From assembly GCA_963662715.1 (NCBI GenBank), contig OY759724.1, positions 2,790,001-2,822,000 on the forward strand: a stretch of 32,000 bases of DNA. Reading direction: 5' to 3'. A program made the translations under genes and the position numbers. Positions within the stretch are counted from its first letter, which is position 1. Each line of letters begins with the position of its first letter. The notes beneath the pieces are model-generated. The model was not told where the DNA came from. It did no database searches and worked only from the letters and a program-made list of their open reading frames with translations. The stretch comes from Candidatus Omnitrophota bacterium. Lineage in GTDB: Bacteria > Omnitrophota > Gorgyraeia > Zapsychrales > JANLHA01. Shown here in pieces: positions 15,343 through 20,775 of this stretch.

Positions 15343-15499
15343 CATTCGTTCACGGTTCTAAGTTCACTCATGTATATACATCTGAACCGGTACCCGTTCT
15401 TCGCGGAAGATACATTTGATCTTTGATAAATTAATATCCTGTTTTGTTGCTCTCTGACGAATCGTATCCAAGAGAGAGTTGTTATCACTTGTCTCTGAC
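15343..15499. repeat. inter-cassette spacer, copy 2, right part
   Basis: Matches 12598-12754 with 2 mismatches. Confidence 0.85.
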
Positions 15500-16092
15500 A
15501 TATAAGAAACAATGCCGGTGCTTTTCTTGTCGCGGCTATCGGTTATGCTATTTTGCCAGAAACTGCTTTAGCAGCGCTGGCCGGAAGTCTTGGAGCGCAG
15601 ATATTGGCAGCCGCAGGGCTGGCGGGGCTAGGCTGGCAAGCCCAGCAAGTTCTTAACCGGTTTCGTTCAAAGAAACTGTATGATGATCCTCTCACGACCG
15701 AGATGCTCATGAACGTCTTCATCGGTTTAGGCTCGATTGGAGTGTCGTTTTTAAGGGCAGCGAAGGCGAGGGGAAGTGTTCAATTTAGAAGTAAGTTGAG
15801 TACTCAGAAACAAATGAGACATTTAAGAGGAACAGCTGCTCCTAATAGAAGTTATTTTGATTCTATTGATGATGCTCAAGCGGTTCTAGATGCTTATAAT
15901 AGTGGAAATTATAAATTAATTAGTCAGAATCCGGCACAAAATACTGTAACTATTGAAGTAAAGAATATTACTGGTAGATATGTAAATATAGACAACCCTA
16001 AAGGACTTCCGGACTTAAATTTACCAACAAATAAATTCATGATTCAATCATCAAAAGCACCCAAAGTTGTTCCTGTTAATCCATATAAGTGA
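15499..16092 (+). pseudogene. orphan cassette C: pre-toxin module (no Rhs core homology, no ATG) plus a ~105-aa toxin tip C, possibly the polymorphic-toxin type 50 (Ntox50-like) RNase family
   Basis: The frame opens right after TGA 15496-15498. 15501-15775 is near-identical to 13213-13487. Tip: KQMRHLRGTAAPNRSYFDSIDDAQAVLDAYNSGNYKLI...ITGRYVNIDNPKG...TNKFMIQSSKAPKVVPVNP. Confidence 0.65.
15501..15775 (+). repeat. shared pre-toxin module, copy in cassette C
   Basis: See 13213-13487. Confidence 0.9.
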
Positions 16093-16099
16093 GCTAGAT

Positions 16100-16408
16100 A
16101 TGTTAAAAATTAAGGATTTAGAATTAGTCGGAGCATTTCAAAGAGCACTTCTATTTAATATCTCTGCATCAATGCGTTTTATTTCTTGTGAAATAATAAA
16201 TGAGGATATTCTTCAGGTTTATATTTATTTTGACAAGGATCCAACTGAAGAGGAGTTAGATCTCATTTATTCTGTTGCAGGTGAAGTTTGCGGGGATTTC
16301 CCGGGACTTAATAATAGTGATGTGAAACATTTTGTTAATAATAAGGATTTTAATTCTTTAAAACACCTTCGAATATTAGTTTATGCAAGATTTGAAAAAA
16401 ATGAATGA
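16100..16408 (+). CDS. putative immunity protein for tip C (102 aa, unknown family)
   Basis: The ATG lies 7 nt after the tip C stop. AT-rich. Followed by the cassette-end repeat left part at 16414-16440. Confidence 0.5.
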   Translation: MLKIKDLELVGAFQRALLFNISASMRFISCEIINEDILQVYIYFDKDPTEEELDLIYSVAGEVCGDFPGLNNSDVKHFVNNKDFNSLKHLRILVYARFEKNE

Positions 16409-16413
16409 GAGAT

Positions 16414-16440
16414 AAAAGTGCCAGTCCCCAAAAAGGGACA
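16414..16440. repeat. cassette-end repeat, left part only
   Basis: AAAAGTGCCAGTCCCCAAAAAGGGACA matches 12495-12520. Confidence 0.7.
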
Positions 16441-16602
16441 GGGCGTTTTTATGCAGTTGAATAATGCAGGGAAAGAGATATAATATTTATATTCCCCTGA
16501 TGTTTTCCCCGGGTAAACAGAAAGGGGATTTTTTATGCCCAGAGTCGCCAGAAGAGAGGTGTTGTATAACGGGTGTTATGCGCATGTCTGTAATGACCCT
16601 AG

Positions 16603-17394
16603 TTAAGCAAGGATTTTTTTGTGTAGATCGAGTTCTTTGTTAATCCATCTTTTGTAAAACTCTTCAGGCGTAGCGAAGAATAATGCCTGATGAGGGAAAT
16701 CGGTGTTGTAATCGTTGATCCAACGCTTGAAGTCATCTTGAAGATCAAATGGGTTGTCCCATTCATTGATCCAAATGAAATCTTCTTTGATTCTGCGGAT
16801 GACGCGTTCGGTGTCAGCATTGCCTTTGGGGTTGGACCAGGTTGAGAAGATCTGCTTGATGCCGGCCAGTGAACAATTAAGCCTGAAGCGCCCGCTGGTG
16901 GGCTGACAGCCATTGTCCGAGATCAGGTGCAGGTCATGATTCAGTGTGTCTTTGATGCCGTTTGGGAATCGGTTGTTGATGGCCATTTCCAGGGCATCCA
17001 GCCAGTCATCAGTCTTTGACTGGATGTTGAGGCTATAGCCGATAATTTCTTTGGTATACCAGTCTAGGACGATGGTCAGATAGAACCAGCCCCAGGTCGC
17101 CAGTTTGATTTTTGTCATATCGATACCCCAGAATTGATTGGGGTGAGAAGCTCGTGGTTTCCGGCGGAGGTTGCCACGCTTGGCCTTCAAGCGATCGTTG
17201 GGTTGAACCGTTAATTGATTTTCTTGCATGAGGCGTTGGACACAATTTTTGCCAATTTTGTAATGTTTACGGTTGTTTAAATAGGCCCAGACTGAACGGT
17301 ATCCCCAGAGGGGATGTTGCTTTTTAATTTGTCGGATTTTGACTAAATGTTTTTGGTCTTGTTCGATACGCTTTAGAGAACGGCGTCTTTTCAT
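16603..17394 (-). CDS. IS3-family transposase OrfB
   Basis: Identical to 14207-14998. Confidence 0.85.
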   Translation of the reverse strand: MKRRRSLKRIEQDQKHLVKIRQIKKQHPLWGYRSVWAYLNNRKHYKIGKNCVQRLMQENQLTVQPNDRLKAKRGNLRRKPRASHPNQFWGIDMTKIKLATWGWFYLTIVLDWYTKEIIGYSLNIQSKTDDWLDALEMAINNRFPNGIKDTLNHDLHLISDNGCQPTSGRFRLNCSLAGIKQIFSTWSNPKGNADTERVIRRIKEDFIWINEWDNPFDLQDDFKRWINDYNTDFPHQALFFATPEEFYKRWINKELDLHKKILA

Positions 17395-17696
17395 AACTCG
17401 TACTCGTTTTTTTTTAGTTCAACGGTCAAGTCGCCGATGATGCGTTTGAGTTTGGCGTTTTCTTTTTCAAGACGTTGCTCTTTCTGGGACTGTTGTTTGA
17501 TGTCAAAGGCCATATGGCATTCTTTGAGGAACTGGTCGCGCCATTTGTAATATTGGGTTTGGCCAATTTGGTATTTGTTACAAAGTTTACTGATGTCGAT
17601 TTTCCCGCTGAGGCCTTCAAGCACGATTTGGGTCTTTTGTTGGCTGGTCCATTGGCGTTTTTTCATGGGAATTGGGCTCCTTTCCTTGGAACTCAA
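17391..17696 (-). CDS. IS3-family transposase OrfA (A9 slippery run = T9 at 17407-17415)
   Basis: Identical to 14995-15300. Confidence 0.85.
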   Translation of the reverse strand: MSSKERSPIPMKKRQWTSQQKTQIVLEGLSGKIDISKLCNKYQIGQTQYYKWRDQFLKECHMAFDIKQQSQKEQRLEKENAKLKRIIGDLTVELKKNEYEL

Positions 17697-17864
17697 TTCT
17701 ACACCATTTGTTTAAATTTGTTAACTAGGGTCACTATATGTCATATCACGGTCGATCCGTAAAATGAAACTGTTCAGAGATGAAGCAGATTTTCGGGAGA
17801 TACGCCACATAAAATTATATCAAGGGAACGGGATGGTGTCATAAGTCCCTAAAAAGGCGAATAA

Positions 17865-18467
17865 ATGAAAGACTATTCAGAAAAATCCATATTAAGGAAA
17901 ATATTGAGTTATAAAAGTCAATTTAAGAAAGAAAAACAAAAATATGGTCTTTACAGCGATGGTTATGGAAAGAGATTTATCCTCTTTGAGTTATATTATC
18001 TATTGGGTGACCATGAGAAGAGTAAAGAGTATTTTTCTTGGTATACGAAAGAGTTCCCTGACGATGGCTGTGATCCTATTGCACTGCTGTTTTGGTCGTT
18101 GATTTTGTATCAAATGGGAGAAAAAGAAGCCGCGAGATATAAACTTGCGGAAATGATGCTTGCGAATGTTTATATAATTCCGTCAATTCTTGAGGAAGCA
18201 GTTAAAGAATATGATATGTGGCACGGATCGAACACATGTGAGTTATCATATTTTCAATATATCCCGCAGCCTGCTATTGAAAGGATAAATTTTGAAGAGA
18301 AAGAATGGATGCGGGAATTATATTATTCCAAGGATTTCGAAGAGATTAGAAATAGGCATATTGAAATTCATAAAATTTTAAGAGATACTCGTGATATTGA
18401 GAAAAGAGGAATTCTTTGTGATGAAGATGGAGGGTTATTAAAAAAGTTGGATTGTAAAAAAGAATAA
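17865..18467 (+). CDS. hypothetical protein, helical/TPR-like, AT-rich
   Basis: 200-aa ORF with no recognisable catalytic motif. A helical-repeat-like stretch runs GDHEKSKEYFSWY...GEKEAARYKLAEMM. Confidence 0.4.
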   Translation: MKDYSEKSILRKILSYKSQFKKEKQKYGLYSDGYGKRFILFELYYLLGDHEKSKEYFSWYTKEFPDDGCDPIALLFWSLILYQMGEKEAARYKLAEMMLANVYIIPSILEEAVKEYDMWHGSNTCELSYFQYIPQPAIERINFEEKEWMRELYYSKDFEEIRNRHIEIHKILRDTRDIEKRGILCDEDGGLLKKLDCKKE

Positions 18468-18475
18468 TGTCCTTA

Positions 18476-18504
18476 TTGATATCTATAGCACTAGGTGTTA
18501 TACT
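18476..18504 (+). promoter_or_regulatory. sigma70-like promoter for the toxin-antitoxin pair
   Basis: TTGATA, 17-nt spacer, TATACT. It lies 9-20 nt upstream of the candidate starts. Confidence 0.5.
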
Positions 18505-18512
18505 AATAATGT

Positions 18513-18901
18513 GTGAAGAACTTGATGGGATATTTAATAAATAAGTCATTTCAACGAGATTTAAAGGAAAATAAATTAAACCACAGCTATATACGAAAAG
18601 TGTTAGACGATGTTTTTGCAGGGAGAGCAACTTCCCTCGGTTCGAAAATGTATAAGATAAGGGCCTCAAAAGGAGGACGAGGTAAAAGCGGTGGTTTTAG
18701 AAATATTTTCTTTTGGAAAAAAATGAACGTATTATTTTTTGTCTTCTCTTTGGAAAGAATGAGCAGGATAATTTAACGGCTGATGATAAGAAAGCATTAA
18801 GGATTTTATCGGAAGAGTATGATAATTTAACAGAGAAAGAAGTGAAAATAGCAACTAAGCAGAAGATATTCGAGGAGGTCCCCTATGATAACCCGAGCTA
18901 A
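18513..18901 (+). pseudogene. RelE-like toxin (COG4737/DUF1044-type) interrupted by a -1 frameshift in an A7 run (18717-18723)
   Basis: Frame 1 gives LGSKMYKIRASKGGRGKSGGFRNIFFWKK. The next frame continues NERIIFCLLFGKNEQDNLTADDKKALRILSEEY. Joined, they give the family signature GKGKSGG.R.I......R..FL..F.KNE.DN. Confidence 0.7.
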
Positions 18902-19208
18902 AAAACGATCAAAAGTTTTAGATATGGTTGAAGAAGACTTGTACGCCATTGGTGAAATGAAAGACGTTTCTTTAAGCATTCGGAAGTTTAATAGAATTCG
19001 TTATCCTGAACCAAAACAATATAAAGCTAAAGATATTATTAGGATACGAAGGAAGTTGAACGTGAGCCAAGCTGTCTTTGCTTATCTTTTAAATGCCAGT
19101 GAAAGCACTATCCGGCAATGGGAATCTGGTGCCAAAGAGCCAGGTGGAGCCAATTGTCGCCTACTTCAAATTATCGAAAATAAAGGCGCAGACGTATTCC
19201 TTCCTTAG
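18885..19208 (+). CDS. XRE/NadS-like HTH antitoxin
   Basis: IRIRRKLNVSQAVFAYLLNASESTIRQWESGAKEPGGANCRLLQII is an HTH_XRE pattern. It overlaps the 3' end of the toxin gene by 17 nt. Confidence 0.75.
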   Translation: MITRAKKRSKVLDMVEEDLYAIGEMKDVSLSIRKFNRIRYPEPKQYKAKDIIRIRRKLNVSQAVFAYLLNASESTIRQWESGAKEPGGANCRLLQIIENKGADVFLP

Positions 19209-19221
19209 AAAGAAAACCCCT

Positions 19222-20703
19222 ATGAAGACCCCTGTTTACACCGGCATTGTTATCCTGCTGTTGCTCTGGGCTTTCCTGGCCCGGGTGGAATTCGTTTATA
19301 CGGACAGGCTGGGGCCGGATGAGGCCCTGTACGGCTGGTACGCCAAACTCATTGCCGAAAATCCCGCCAAGATTTTTTCCCGGGAAACTCTGGAGTTCCA
19401 CCCGCCGTTATGGCCCTGTCTTTTATCGCTCAGTCATGTTTTTACAAATAAAACCCTTATAGCCTGCCGTTATACGGCTGTCGCCGTGAATTTGCTGGGA
19501 CTGATATTGATCTACCTGATCGGCCGGCGCCTGAAAAGCCGGTTCCTGGGTGTTTTTGCCGCTCTCAGTCTGGCTTTCAACTATTTTTATTTCCTCTGGG
19601 CGTTTTCCCTGACCATTGACAGCCCGTTAACGGTGTGCCTGCTCGGGGTGTTTTTATGCCTTTTGCAGATCAGGGACGGTGCAGGGCTTAAGCCGCATAT
19701 TCTCACCGGGCTCCTGGCCTCTGCCGCGATTCTCCTTAAATGGTCAGGCCTGGTTGTCTTCCCGGCTGTTTTGGCCAGTTACTTTTTTCTGCCGCTTGAA
19801 CGGCCTCTTAAAAGGAAAATGACATTGGCGGGCCTTCCGCTATCCATGGCCTTTTTGACCGCCCTTTTTCTTGCTGCGATGAATGTGGTTCATTTGGGGA
19901 CCGTTTTCCCTAATACAAGCGCTGTGGCTTACCGTTCCTCGGCTATCGGACTGCTGGGCCATTATATCCGCAACCTGAAAACGATCCTGGTTGTTCCTCA
20001 CTATATCCCGTTATTCCTTTACAGCCTTTTTGTTGTCGTCCGGTCAGGAACGCGTCAGACAAAGATGCTCTTGGCTTTTTTTACGGCCTTATTCATTGCT
20101 GTCTCTTTAACACCTGTCAAAGACTGGCGCTACAGTTTATTATTTGCCCCTTTTGCCATTCTGCTGGCGGGTATCGGTCTGGAGACGCTCATAGAAAAGT
20201 TTGTGAAAAGCCTCGACAAACTAAAGCGCGCCAAAACGACCGTGCTTTTTCTTATGGCGGTCTTTTTTGTCTTTCACTCCCGGGGACTATATGCTGTCAT
20301 GCGGGATACCTCAAGCCGCGTGACCGGATACCGTGAAGCCGCAGACTGGATCAAAGCTCATGACACGGGCCGGACCATGGTTATTGCCGAAAGCCCCCGT
20401 ATGATCCGTTATCACACCGGCATTGAATTTCAGGAGTTCGGCGGCCGGATCATAGAACTGCCGCGAAATAAACATGATTTTGAGGACCTTGTACGGAACA
20501 CCCCCGGACATATCCTGCTGGAAGTCGATTTTTGGTCGGAAACCCGCGGAGATGAACTGCCGTCTATGCTGAACAGGGCCGAAGAACAGCGGTATTTCGG
20601 GCAGTTCGGTTTTGTCCCTGTTCAAGAAGTTATTCGTATCATTGATTTTGCAAATGGCAAAAAAAAATTTGTCAGGGCGGTTAGAATTTTTGAAAGGAAA
20701 TAG
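19222..20703 (+). CDS. GT39 / ArnT-PMT-like membrane glycosyltransferase
   Basis: About 12 hydrophobic helices, a GPDEALYGWYA (DE..Y) motif in the first loop, and a soluble C-terminal domain. The start is placed at the first ATG after the antitoxin stop. Confidence 0.65.
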   Translation: MKTPVYTGIVILLLLWAFLARVEFVYTDRLGPDEALYGWYAKLIAENPAKIFSRETLEFHPPLWPCLLSLSHVFTNKTLIACRYTAVAVNLLGLILIYLIGRRLKSRFLGVFAALSLAFNYFYFLWAFSLTIDSPLTVCLLGVFLCLLQIRDGAGLKPHILTGLLASAAILLKWSGLVVFPAVLASYFFLPLERPLKRKMTLAGLPLSMAFLTALFLAAMNVVHLGTVFPNTSAVAYRSSAIGLLGHYIRNLKTILVVPHYIPLFLYSLFVVVRSGTRQTKMLLAFFTALFIAVSLTPVKDWRYSLLFAPFAILLAGIGLETLIEKFVKSLDKLKRAKTTVLFLMAVFFVFHSRGLYAVMRDTSSRVTGYREAADWIKAHDTGRTMVIAESPRMIRYHTGIEFQEFGGRIIELPRNKHDFEDLVRNTPGHILLEVDFWSETRGDELPSMLNRAEEQRYFGQFGFVPVQEVIRIIDFANGKKKFVRAVRIFERK

Positions 20704-20775
20704 TATAATATAATAATACTATAAGAGCCCTCTCCGGGGGGGCGTCAGACTTTAAGTTTTAACGGGAAAAAATAC

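Larger units (their letters stand above)
16589..17738 (-). mobile_element. IS3-family insertion sequence, 1150 bp, copy 2 (identical to copy 1)
   Basis: All coordinates are offset by exactly 2396 nt from copy 1, and the ORF translations are identical. The 4-bp direct repeat TGTC lies at 16585-16588 and 17739-17742. Confidence 0.9.
16535..17844 (+). pseudogene. remnant of a Y1 (IS200/IS605- or RayT-like) transposase gene, truncated and split by IS copy 2
   Basis: After removing the IS and one TSD copy the frame reads MPRVARREVLYNGCYAHVISRSIRKMKLFRDEADFREI...stop (51 aa). Compare the family N-terminus MPR.pR....G..yHV..RG......F.d..D. Hairpins lie upstream at 16468-16530. Confidence 0.45.

Noticed and set aside
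11629-16440. Possibility that the recurring short identical segments form a CRISPR array
   Set aside because: The repeat units are 45, 57, about 250 and about 275 bp long and irregularly spaced. They lie inside or at the ends of protein-coding cassettes. There are no 25-40-bp direct repeats with uniform spacers and no cas genes.
19093-19221. Upstream extension of the GT39 gene to the tracked start at 19093
   Set aside because: It would overlap the HTH antitoxin gene by 116 nt in another frame. The extension has no membrane or signal character. The first ATG after the antitoxin stop (19222) starts directly with a TM helix.
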